Source: Podarcis muralis
Taxonomy: Eukaryota
Reading direction: 5' to 3'
Assembly (NCBI RefSeq): GCF_964188315.1
Contig: NC_135659.1
Location: 59,396,001 to 59,460,000, forward strand
DNA length: 64,000 bases
In this document: in pieces, positions 43,015 to 54,519 of the stretch
How positions within the stretch are numbered: the first letter of the stretch is position 1
Layout: each line of letters opens with the position of its first letter
The notes under the pieces: model-generated
What the model was told of the DNA's origin: nothing
Seen by the model: the letters and a program-made list of their open reading frames with translations, nothing else
Databases searched by the model: none
Made by a program: the position numbers and the translations under genes

Positions 43015-44045
43015 ACTAAGTTTCCATGGTGACATATACCATTTCTCTGGTGGCTGGTGCCCAGCAGATGCACTGCAAGGTGCAACAGTGCATCTTCCCA
43101 AGTGCTTTACCTAGATTGCCACAAACAACATCTCTTTTCAGTGGATGGAGAAAGAAGGCAGGGAGATTCCTTATATATCCCCAGCAGTTTTGGAACAGGG
43201 CATAAAAGCATAGCAACCCGAAAGGACTGTCATTCACCATCTGCAGACAAAGGCAACTGATGTCAGCAAACTGCCTGTTATTCTAAAACTCTGATTATTG
43301 ACTCTCAACGCTCCTGGCGCCCTTGAAACGAAGTGATCCCAAGAGATGCACAGACACTTTGCTGCATTCTCCCTGCTGCCCAGCCTGCTGCCACTTTCGT
43401 TCTGCCACCTTGTCTGCTTCTGCGTTTTTTGCTTTGAGCTGTTACCTGGAGACACATCCAAAGCCACTCTTAGCTTGGCCCCATAGTGAAGTGATAATGG
43501 AATTGAGTTGCCTGCATGACACAGCTGCGGGCTGGATGATTATTTAGATAGCACCAGAGAGCTTTCATACTGTTGGGTTAAGTGTACTCGAGCAAATAAC
43601 AACCCTTGGAGATAGTCTCCATTTCCTTAATTAGGAACTGGGTGGCAAAACAGGGAAGTGAACCCAGATTCTTGGGTCAGGGCTGTTTATTCTGCTAACT
43701 GTTTCCATGCAACATCAAATTATTTGTCAAGAATGAATGCAGTGCTCGTTGTTCAAAAAATTTTCTTCCCTCTGACTGAGTAATGTAAGCAGTGAGTTCC
43801 TAGCCAGATCCATGAACTGGGGAAGTGGCTCTCCAGCTCCCAGGTCTGGCTGTGAGCTGTTCCCATGAATTGCTCATTCATTCATGAGAAGTGGTCTGTA
43901 GTTAGGAAAATATCAGCACCCATGCAGCAGCTGGAAAGGTGCGCTTTGAAAATGGGGCTGTCTATGTGCCTTGCTATCAAACGAAATAAGAGGGGAAGCT
44001 TTCAATCAGTAATTGTAATTCAATGAAACTCCTTTCAATATGAGG

Positions 44046-45085
44046 CTGCATAAGAAATACAAGACAAACTAGAATCCCCCCAAATGCCCTGGTTAACACA
44101 TCACCAATTACATGCCCTCTTAAACAACCCAGTAGTATAATCAGCAGCAACTAGGCCCCTGACAACCTTCGAAAACCTCTTCCTAACAACAATGGGACAC
44201 GGCAAAGGGATGGTATCCGTAATATACAAAATACTACTCCAAAATCCCACAACCCCCTAGACATAATCAAAAAAACCAATGGGAGGACGACATAGGCTAT
44301 GAGATTAACCCCACTCAGTGGACCAGAATGTGGCCTAAACCTCCCTTTAAATCCATATCAACAAAAAGGAAAGAACTCACTCTGAAACTCACAGGTAGTA
44401 TCTAACACCTAGGAAACTAGTGCTAATACACCCAGGAACCTCACCAAAATGCTGGAGAGGATGCACCTCCATAGGCACATACCTCCACATGTGGTGGGAA
44501 TGCCCCAAAATCCAAATATTCTGGACAACAACCATATGAGAAATATGCAAAATAACTAAGCAAGTATTAGATGTCACCCCAGAATTGGCCCTACTAAACA
44601 TCTTCCATGATAATAATGCCCACTCACATCACAAAGAGCTCATAACCCACCTACTCTCAGCAGCCAGAAACATCATAGCCAGACACTGGAGAGACCTATC
44701 AGGAGTAAGCATGGATCAATGGTACCAAATAGTATGGGAAACAGCCTTATTAGAAAAACTAACCAATAAACTGAAACTGACATGGGGACAAATGGAAGAA
44801 GAGGCCTTCACCCCGGTATGGCTCACAAACGAACAACCACACCCCAACCTATCTCACCACTAAAGGAACACAAGCAAATAGTAAAGAGAACCAGCACAAG
44901 CGATGCTGACACAAAACCCCAAACATACATTAAGTAAAATAGAAACATTGCCACCCAACTCCACCCCTACTCACTATGGTCCCCTTTTCTTCCTAATGTA
45001 ACACTAATGTCTCAACAAATGAAACTGATCTGTAGAAAATGTAACTTGAAAAAAGCGACATTGCACATACTTTTGTAAACCAAGA
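44046..45085 (+). mobile_element. L1 LINE (second, C-rich family), 5'-truncated
   Basis: Intact knuckle CWRGCTSIGTYLHMWWECPKIQIFW (44450-44524) and AARNIIARHW motif; stops and frameshifts elsewhere. Confidence 0.88.
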
Positions 45086-45195
45086 ATATATATATATATA
45101 TCTGCATACACTGTACTTTTAAAGCACATTCAAGGCATATTTTTCCCTTCAGAGAATCCTATAGATTGTTAAGGGTTGATAGAAATTGCAGCAAT

Positions 45196-45507
45196 TGCCA
45201 CATTTGCACCATACATTTAAAGCACTATGATACCACTTTAAACAGACATGGATTCCCTCAAAGATTTCTGGGAGCTGTGGCTTGTTAAGGGCACAGAGTG
45301 GTTTAACTATCAGTCCTTCACAGTGTGATTTAATTATTAATCCTTCTTCACAGGGAACTCTGTGGATTGTAGCTCTGGAAGGGGAATAGGAGTCTCATAA
45401 CAATTCTCAGCACCCTTTACAAACTACGCATCCAGAATTCTTAGGGGGAAGCTATGACTGTTTAAAGTGATATCATGGTGCTTCAAATGTTTGGTGTAAA
45501 TGTGGCC
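45196..45507. mobile_element. Harbinger-like (Chompy-type) MITE
   Basis: TIR GCCACATTTGCACCATACATTTAAAGCAC / GTGCTTCAAATGTTTGGTGTAAATGTGGC. Confidence 0.8.
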
Positions 45508-45639
45508 TTCGTGAAGGGTGCACTACAGTGCCCATAATTCTCTGGGGGAAAGAATGTGCTTTGAATGTGTTTTAAAGGTATAGTGTGCACACAGCCTAAG
45601 TCTCAGACACTTGGGTTTGTCACCCACTAAATTCCACAC

Positions 45640-45706
45640 AGAGTAGACCCATTGAAATTAAAGGAAGCGAGTTAGTCATGTCCATTAATTTCAATGGGTC
45701 TACTCT
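45640..45706. repeat. Perfect 22-bp inverted repeat, core of a short squamate palindromic repeat
   Basis: AGAGTAGACCCATTGAAATTAA / TTAATTTCAATGGGTCTACTCT with a 23-nt spacer. Confidence 0.92.
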
Positions 45707-47151
45707 AAGTAGAATAGCCATTGGCTACAACCCTTATACTGTGGCCAAAACAAAGATGTTGATTCTGTACTTTAATAATTTCCTGATTGATGATCACAGA
45801 ACTTTATTTGGGGCCATTGAATTGATTCTGTGGTCCATTGCATGAAACCTTTACATTTCCTGAACTAGTAGTGTAGCAGAGCTGGTAAGCCTGTGAACCT
45901 CTGTATGTTATTGGACTACAACGCTAGCATTCCTGACCACTGCCCCTGCTGACTGAGGCATCTGCATCTTGCTCTACTCCCTGTCTTGTAGTACCAATTT
46001 TGGCCACATGTCTTGTTACCCAGCGCATCCTTGGCTACAGCTGTGACTCACACTCAGGACTACCTTCTCTGTAGCTGCTGGCATGGCCTTTGCTAGGATC
46101 ATGCTGATAGGGATTCTACACACTGCTACAAGAGGCTTATAGTTCTCTTGGACCAAAAATGTGCCCTTACCTGCATTCACCGACCAAAGGCTCAGAATCA
46201 GCTACTAAACAAACAGCCCCCCATTGTACTGCTTCAAATTTATCTTCCTAGTAGAAGCCATGTTTCTAGAGGGAAAGCAAATTATATTCCTGGACCATTC
46301 CAGTAACCCTTTGGCTGCATGCTGGATGGAGGTTCCCTGCTTTCAAAAGCTATTTTGATTCCTGCATGTGCTTTGTTTGTTTGCTTACAGTAATCCGTCT
46401 TCACCATTATCCTTCCTGTCCATCACTTAACTTGCTGCACTTTATTATTGGCTTTCCCTCAACCATCTGTCTTGCAGGCCATGGCAACTATATATGTCCA
46501 GCCGTATGTTTGTCTTTCCATTCCTAAACATCATCCATCATCTCACCAGTCCATTCCTGCATCTCCTATTTTCGGGCTGGCTTCACTGTGCCTTAACTTT
46601 CTTCCACCGACAGCTATCCATCTCACTTTTCATCTGCCTGACTGTACCTGAATGTCTAGATGCACACATCACTTTCTTGCTCGAATGCTTCAGTCCCCTG
46701 CACTGCCACTCAGTTCAGAATCTTTTCTGGGGCTGCAAGAAATTTCATTACCTGGGCAAGTTCCCATTGAGAGGAATGGAACTGAAACACTTTGGGTCTA
46801 TTTCACTGAGTTATGCACAGGGGAGGGGGAATTACCAGGCGAGTGTGCTGAAAGTGTAAATTGGGGGGGGGGGCAAATGAGACATTATATTAATTATGTG
46901 AATGCAGTTGATGTGTAAGTTTTATGTTCAACTATATAACTTGAGGTCTGCATATCTAGAAGAACAGCTGCTCCAATAGAGACTTGTCTGTAGATTGTGC
47001 ATCAAATATGCTTTAATGGCATAGTGTGGATCAGATGTTCGTTTCTGGCTGCAGCTTTTTCCAGTTGTGAATGTCCAGGGTTCTGTATTGCATAGGGAGC
47101 CTCCAGAAGTAGGAAATGCTCCATTCATGCTGCAGCTGAACTTGTGAGTAG

Positions 47152-47153
<2 letters not shown>

Positions 47154-47201
<48 letters not shown>

Positions 47202-47246
47202 GATTCTTTATTATTTATACCCCACCCATCTGGCTGGGTTTCCAGT
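47154..47246 (-). mobile_element. Minimal L2 3' end with (ATA)16 tail
   Basis: TTTATTATTTATACCCCACCCATCTGGCTGGGTTTCC, as at 5146-5180 and 19988-20020. Confidence 0.85.
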
Positions 47247-50057
47247 TTCATGAGCTGGAGGACAGTGGGGGTAAGGGTCAAAACATGACCTTGTCACTCC
47301 TGTAAGAATGAGAGATTTAGCCATTTCCAGCGTTTTGAATACCATGCCTTCTATGGACCCATCGCAATCTCTGAGAATGTACTATGAACATGTTTTTGGC
47401 CCATTTGTGGGCCAAACTGATTCAGATTATGGAGACCCATGGCCAGGTATCCTGTCTCTTTCCATTTTACTAAATACCAAGGGTAAGCTGGATTGGAACC
47501 ATGACACTGGAGAAGGGGGGGGGGGTTCCCCACACTATATTCCTGATAAAAATTCCACACACTCAAAGGTTGGTCTTTTAAGCAGCAACTATTTAAAAAA
47601 ATAATCCTGAAGCTGTTATTGCCAAAATGTAAGGAGATGAAAGAGCCTACCACGGATCTCTATTGCCTCATCTAGTATGGCCCAAAAGCCTATAGGGTAA
47701 GTTAATCATATCTTTAGGCACCATCAATGTTTCCAGTTAGAATTACAGGGCAATCCATGGTCATAAGTGCCATTGAGTTCCATGAGGCTTACTGCTAGGG
47801 TAATAGGATTTCAGGAGCCTCTAATGGTCCACCCTGCACTGGTAATTCCTAAATAAATAGGCAGTTTCGAACACTTGCAGAATGCCAAGCTGAATCAACA
47901 ACACAAAATCGATACGGTTCTGCTGGCAGCATTGTCACTCCAGCACATGAGACAGCTGATTTTTTTAAAAAGCATGTAGAGGAGTAGAGAGCCAAAAGGA
48001 GGGAAATAAAACTTTGGCCAACTTCCCTGGGTTGTCTTAAAATACCTCATCCACCTTGCTGAACTGTGACAGTGTGCAGCTATCCAAACAGGCCACATAA
48101 GACAAGATCATGCTACAGGTGTGCTAGGAATGCTTTAGAAATCTGCTCTATTCTGACCTGAAAGTCATAGCAAGGTGCCTTATGTTTGCCCATGCAATTT
48201 TTTTAAAAAAAATCCTATGTTGCAGCCTTGCAAACATGGAACTACATTTTTGACACATGCATACTACCCAAATTGGCATGTATTCAAAGCGTTGTATATG
48301 CTGCGCACTGGCTTCAAACCAATCCTGGATCGCAACTGAATCACCCTGATTTGAATTGAACTGGGATTTGCCCAGAGTGGGTTGAGTCCATTTGGGGCAA
48401 TCTGGGACTTCTGGAAAGGGGGCAGCCAGGCAGCTGCATGTTTAACCTGGGTTATTTAAACCTTATCTAAACAACAAGAGGAAGAGGAAAGCAAGAGGTT
48501 CAGGCACTTTTCTCTCAGACACTTTTCTCTCTTCTCCTCAACTGCATGTTTGATTAGGCTTTTAAATCCTGATTAAACATTTAGTCAGGGTGGGCAGAGG
48601 AGACACAGGTGAGAGTCTCTACCTGCATCTCCTTTTATCTGCCACCCAATGGCAACCACATGTTAAATTAGTTTAAAATCTGAATTAAATAGTAATTGGA
48701 CTTGTGCAAGTTCCCTGGGCCAGGTCAGGGCCATGCACAGTCCTAATATATAAAATACATGCAGAACTCATTATATTTATCGGTAAAGATTTTTAAGAAA
48801 TACCATCTGAAGAAAATAAGGCAGCATTTTGGCTAAAGAAATGCAAAAATGAATGGGAGTGAAAGGAAAGTTATTTGTGCAGCCCTAGGACCCTACCTTT
48901 CCTTCCGGACTCTGCATCTGGAGTTTACAAATCTTATCCACTTCGCTTGAAATAAGCTATGACAGCCTTTCAAAACCTGATGCCCTCCAAATGTTTAGGA
49001 CTACAACTCCCATTAACTCCAGCCAGTATGACCGTCATGGTCCAAAATATCTGGAGGGCAAAAGACAAGGGCACACGCCACAGAGAATAAGATCTATAGG
49101 AAATCCTGGAGAAAACAAATTGGATTCCCAGATAAATATTTGTATGTTTGACTTTTTAGCTGGATCGAAAAGGAAAATAACATTTCCATAGAACAGATGC
49201 ATGTTGGGCAGCATGTCATGGTACAGAGAATTACAATCTGTCTGAAACAGGAGGTGTTTGCTCAATAAGATGGAGACAAATGCTGTCAAACAGGCTTTCG
49301 TGCAACTTGGGCTCCAGTCTTGCCTTTTGTGTTCAGCAAGAACTGCACCAACACTAGAATTTACGCATCACGCAGAGAAGGAACAATGCGGGCGCAGAAC
49401 AAAAATTAAAAAGGCTTTTTTGTTAATGGGTAGCAGTCACAATTCTGAATACCATGACATGGTTTCGAGACAGTGTGAGACTGCCGAAAACGCCTCCTTG
49501 ATGCTATCTATCTTGCTCACCTTGAGACATATGAATGCCGACTCTTCAGATGGTAAAGCGCTGCTTGAAGATCTGGCCTGCCTTCCTGCCACTTGGGGAT
49601 TCTATTAGCTAACTTGTATTTGCGCTTGTTTGGATCAGGGTTTCCCCCCCCCCCCTAGGGTGCATATACTTTCTCTCTCACACAAACACACAGACAGAGA
49701 GCTTTCTCATGCAACTGGGTTAGTAATTAGGGCAAAATTCATAGAATTTGTGCTGCTAGCTAGTGGTCAAAGACCACCTTTGTATGAAAACCCTGGCTTC
49801 TTTAGCGGTTATGAGCTAGATATGCTTTACAGAACTTTTGAGCAGAACAGCCTCCTTCCCCAGTCTTAGCCTTAAAACATTTCAGTGAGCTATTTCTTTG
49901 TGTTTTCCTTCTAGCATACTTTGAAGGAATGTTGCCCATGGTCTAAGGGAATTCAACTCTTAGCCCATGGATATCAGGCAGGTGCCTTGTTTTATTGTTT
50001 CCAGTACCTGCTAAAAACTTCTTTGCTAAGGCAAGCCTACCCAGACATGCAAAGCTA

Positions 50058-50252
50058 ATGCCCAAGACATTTTGACACCTGAGGTGGACCCCAAAATGGG
50101 GGGCCCTCCCTGCCAGGGAAGAAGGGGTGAGGAAAGATTTACATAAGGAACAAGAGAGAGGGAAGAAAGATTGACATGAGGATCTGTTTCCCTGGTGGAT
50201 TCTGCCACCTGAGGCAGTTGCCTCACCTTACCATATGAGTGGACCGGCTCTG
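50058..50252. mobile_element. hAT-like MITE (CAGGGCTGGCCC family)
   Basis: CCCAAGACATTTTGACACCTGAGG...CCACCTGAGGCAGTTGCCTCAC. Confidence 0.6.
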
Positions 50253-50399
50253 TCAAAGGCAATTTTCTTTTTCAATAAGTTGGATCCTCCTCTACAGAGG
50301 GTCCATGTTGCGCTGTCCCTGGGACTCCCCCCAACTGGCTTGGAGGTGGGGCTTTGCCCCATGCCAGCCGGTGGAACCATAATCATGCTGCTTGCTTTA

Positions 50400-51025
50400 G
50401 CCATTTGGCGTTGTGACATGATTGGAGCTAACGTATTTAAGTGGCAGCGTAACATGGGGACTTCCTCTTGCTTTGCGCTGCTGAACACCCACCCATTCAC
50501 CCGTTTTTTAAGACAGTGTCTGGTCTTGCTTTCGACTTTGGTTGGTCACAAGTTTTGGAATGGGGGCCAGGTAGGAATTTTTCCAGTGTGGCAAATTGGC
50601 ATTGGCCACTTGGTTTTCGCCTACCTCTTAGCAATCATCACCACTTTGTAAGGTTTGGCGGTTAGGCATTGGTTTAGGGGAACGTGGGGAGGGGGAGGTC
50701 CAGCCATCACCTGCCCCTCCATTTCATAGGGTATTCCATTAAAGGAATCCAGGGGTCTGGATCTTGTCTGAAGCCCAGGGATGTGAGCACCAGTCAATAG
50801 CCATTGATGGAGCTCCCCCTGATGGTAGTCTATCCTTTCAGGCTCCCTGCAGGGTGGGGGCAGGAGCCAGTTTTCGTCATTGATACCATGCCTAAGCCAA
50901 AAGCAATCACACTAGTGAATTCAGTAAAGTTGTGGCCTAAATTTGCCCATTAACATTTACACTAAATTCTGTCTTCATCATGTCTTTATTTCCTTGGGGG
51001 CGGGTTTCGAGGGCTTGATGCACAA
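50400..51025 (+). mobile_element. Possible DIRS/Ngaro-type terminal repeat remnant
   Basis: TATTTAAG...CACCCACCCATTCACCC and GTAGTCTATCCTTTCAGG..CCTAAGCCAA..GTAAAGTTGTGGCC..GTCTTTATTT resemble squamate tyrosine-recombinase retroelement ends (recalled); no ORF. Confidence 0.35.
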
Positions 51026-51085
51026 TGTATATTTTTCACTACTCATATTGTTCATATTTGAAATCCTTCTATAGATTACTTTAAT

Positions 51086-51272
51086 GAGAGAAGGAAAGGA
51101 GCGCAGAGAGAAGAAATGTCATGGTGCATCTGCAGCAGTGCAGCCAGGTACCTTCATCTGCTCCAGCTGCAACAAAACATGTCTCTCCTGTTTCGGTCTC
51201 TACAGCCACAACAGGCGCTGCAACCTTCCAACAGTTTGACTTCAACTCCCAAGACAGATGGATGCCAACCAA
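51086..51272 (+). mobile_element. RTE LINE 3' end with C2H2 finger
   Basis: Frame 51099-51239: ERREKKCHGASAAVQPGTFICSSCNKTCLSCFGLYSHNRRCNLPTV*, then GACAGATGGATGCCAA. Confidence 0.8.
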
Positions 51273-52180
51273 ATCAGAGTTCATAGTCACGTCCCGCCCC
51301 CAAGGGCAGCCCTTCACTGAGTGCATTACAGTATTCTAGCTTTGAGTTGAGTTCTAGCTGCCAGGTGGCCCTCAGAAACAAAGAGAGCAAAGCACAGAAG
51401 TGATGGTGAGGCTGAGGTGCTGAACTAGTCTATTGAAGGAAGGGCAACCCAGCCCAGAGTTTGCCTCTGGGTGCAGCAGTGTAAACAGAGCTACTGAATG
51501 AGGATAAATAGCAGCTCAGGATAAATGGCCCTGCATGAAGAAACCTCTAAGATTGGGTGTGGCTACTTGCAGCAGCTGCCCCCACCAGATCCTGACAGAC
51601 TTTTGGAAAACCATTTCCTTGTCTCTAATTGTTTTTAGAGATGGGTGGATCAGTCGGTTTGGGGTCTGTGCCAATTTTGTTTGTGTTTGTTCATAAATCA
51701 GTTCCATCCTGTTTTCTTCTTAGTCTGTGATTTTTAAAGGAATTCTTCATGGAAATATAAATATATTATGTATTTTTGAACTTATTTTCTCACAAAATCC
51801 AGCTTTCTAAACTTTTTGGATATAGAGGTGTTAGACGTGTTTTTAAGCATCGCAAAATTCAAAGAAGTGCAAAGTCCACAGAGTAAGTACATTCCAGGGC
51901 ACATATTAGTCTGGAAGGAGTAAACTAGGTGCGTTCATATCAGAATTCATAAAGAACTGATTCATCAGGTATCCCTATTTGTGGCACTATCTAATCAACC
52001 TGGGTAGACCAATCCAAACTCCCCTTGCATTGGGCCAGAGTGGGGGTAGTTTTAATTGGCCAGAGTTGTCCTGTGCTCAGCTCTCCTGAGTCTTGACTAA
52101 GCTGGCCTCCCATTGGCCATTGCCGACAGAGTGATGTCATCATTCCATCAGTACAGCATTCCTCCTTCCACATGCCAAGC

Positions 52181-52352
52181 ATAGGAACATAGGGAACTGC
52201 CTTAACACTGAGTCACACTGTTGGTCCTTCTAGCTCAGAATTGTCTCCACTGACTGGAAGTGGTTCTCCAGGATTTCAGTTCCTACCTGGAGATGATGGG
52301 GATCAAACCTTGAACCTTCTGCATGCAAAGCTGATGATCTGCCACTGAGCTG
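52181..52352 (-). mobile_element. Squam2-like SINE
   Basis: ATAGGAACATAGGGAACTGCC tail; head GGGATCAAACCTTGAACCTTCTGCATGCAAAGC..GCCACTGAGCTG. Confidence 0.8.
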
Positions 52353-54029
52353 AGTGGAACAGCGACACAAGACAGGATCCTCAGCATCAAGCTCCCAGGG
52401 ATCAGCCAGTGACCCCCCCCCCAAAAAAAACACCCTGCTAGAACCTCCCCCAAGTTCCACTGCAAACCATCTGGACTTGACCAGCCCATGACAGCTGGCC
52501 TCACTGTCATTGAACAGCATTGGGCCCAATCTGATCCCAATTGCTCGCCATCTCCAAGCCATCCCACCTTCCTCCCCTGGCTGCCGTACACAACAGGGCT
52601 GCGGTCAAGGGAGATTTGGATTGCAGCCAGGTGTGTCCATCTGCAGGGGAGCAGATTGTGTACGTGTGTGTTTTGGTTTGGAGAGCACATTTTGGAAGAA
52701 CCGAGCTCAAAGGTGCAACAGGCAGAAATGATGGATCTGATCTAAATATCTATGTAAGATACAAAAAAATAAAGGTGTGGCTGGTTCTGCACACACAAGT
52801 GAATTTTTAACATGTCTTTCTTGAACTGCCTGCTACCAGGGGCACTTTAAAACACAGTTTGTGATATGGTACAGTTGTCAGAAGATGTGAAAGTCAGAAG
52901 TCCTACTGGACATGCCTATGCCCTTGAGCCCTGCTAAAGTAGATGTTTGGATCCTGGCCAATGAAACAACATTTTACTAAGCAATTTGGATGCTCTTCCC
53001 TCAGGCAATTATCTCCTAAACATATTAAAACTCATGGCATATATTTGTGAAAATCTACAATATGTTTGCAATGAGAGGAAGAAACTGAGGCTCCCTCATT
53101 GGTGATTCAATGTTCTTGGTGTTGTTTCAAAAAATAGCATTATTTCCATGAAGAAGTCTTTGAATCTGATTTCCTACTTGCATTATTGAAAAACCTTTCC
53201 CTCTGCTATGCTTACGGCTCTGCTTGCTAGAAATTGAGGTGGGAGCTTGATTTCCTGTCAGATGACTGTTTACCGCTTGAACAAAACTAACCAACTGCAA
53301 ATTATATATAAAAGAGGGGTGGGGAGATGCAATATTAAACAGCCAGAGCTCCTTTGAAAAAATCACAAAAGGGCTGTGAATTTTTAACGTCTCTAGAATT
53401 TCAAATTGAAATGCACTTTGGATGTGCAAAATTCATCAGGAGTGCTGCTAGTAAAGCACCTTCCATTCATTTCAACGGGTCTTCTTCAGCAAGAGTCCAA
53501 GTGGGTGGCAGGTTAGCATACTCCGTCCTTTACAGAGCAGCCTCATCCTGTTATTCAGATGAATTATTGACTGAGCGTGGCCTTAATTATATGTTTACAT
53601 CACCACAGCCCAAACCAGTTCCCAGGAGCAGTTACTGTATGCATCGATTGAGCCCATAATCCAGAACGGACGACTTAATTCTTTTTCCTGCAGGGCACAT
53701 AGGGGTCATTTGGGATGTGGCAACCCAGGGCTGGCTTGAGATCAATCCCTTTCCTGGTGGCACAGAGGATGGTTTGAATGCTGTGGTGATTCATGAAGTG
53801 AAGGACGCTGCTTCTAATTATGAGCTCACCTAAATTCTCCCACTTCCCCACCTGTCTTTCAGCATCAGCTGTCAGGGGCCACATCTACCCCGCAGGTTAC
53901 CTTGCTTGCAATTTAGTGTTGTGACACTTGAGAGCATTTACAATTGTACCTCAAAATGTCCTTTTCTTTCGTGCACTCCCATGTGCTGAGCCCATCCTCT
54001 CCTATCGTTAAAGGGGAAATGGACTATGC

Positions 54030-54519
54030 CAATGGTTTTCAACCAGTGTACCATGGCATCCTGGGGTGCCTTGAAGGATGGTCAGGGGTGCCACGGGCAA
54101 CACTGGCCTCTGTCCCCCTTTCCTTCCCTCCCTCCTCTGATGCCCTCTTGTGTCTCTGTCTCCCAAAGGCTTGCACAGCTGTTTGTTGCAGGAGCCCTGG
54201 CTACAAGCAAATGGTGCCTCTGGGGCTGGCCAGGGGGTGCTTCCCAGGCCCCTGTGGGGTGGTGAGAGGAGGCACCTCTCTTTGGGGCAGGGGGGGGCAG
54301 CTCAGAAACCAGGGGTGGCTGCCCAGAGGACTCCCAAGGAAAGGTGAGAAGAGAGAAGGCTGAGGGAACACTCCACAATGGAGGGTGTTCAAAAAGGAGT
54401 GAGGGGCTGCTAGCTCTGCAGGCAGGGGGTGACATAACTGGACTCCTGAGCCCCACATGGGTGCCACAGAATGTAGTTGGTTAAGGGAGCCATGGACCCC
54501 AAAAGGTTGAAAACCTCTG
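54030..54519. mobile_element. hAT-Charlie MITE (490 bp)
   Basis: TIR CAATGGTTTTCAACC/GGTTGAAAACCTCTG; 8-bp TSD GACTATGC/GACTACGC. Confidence 0.88.
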
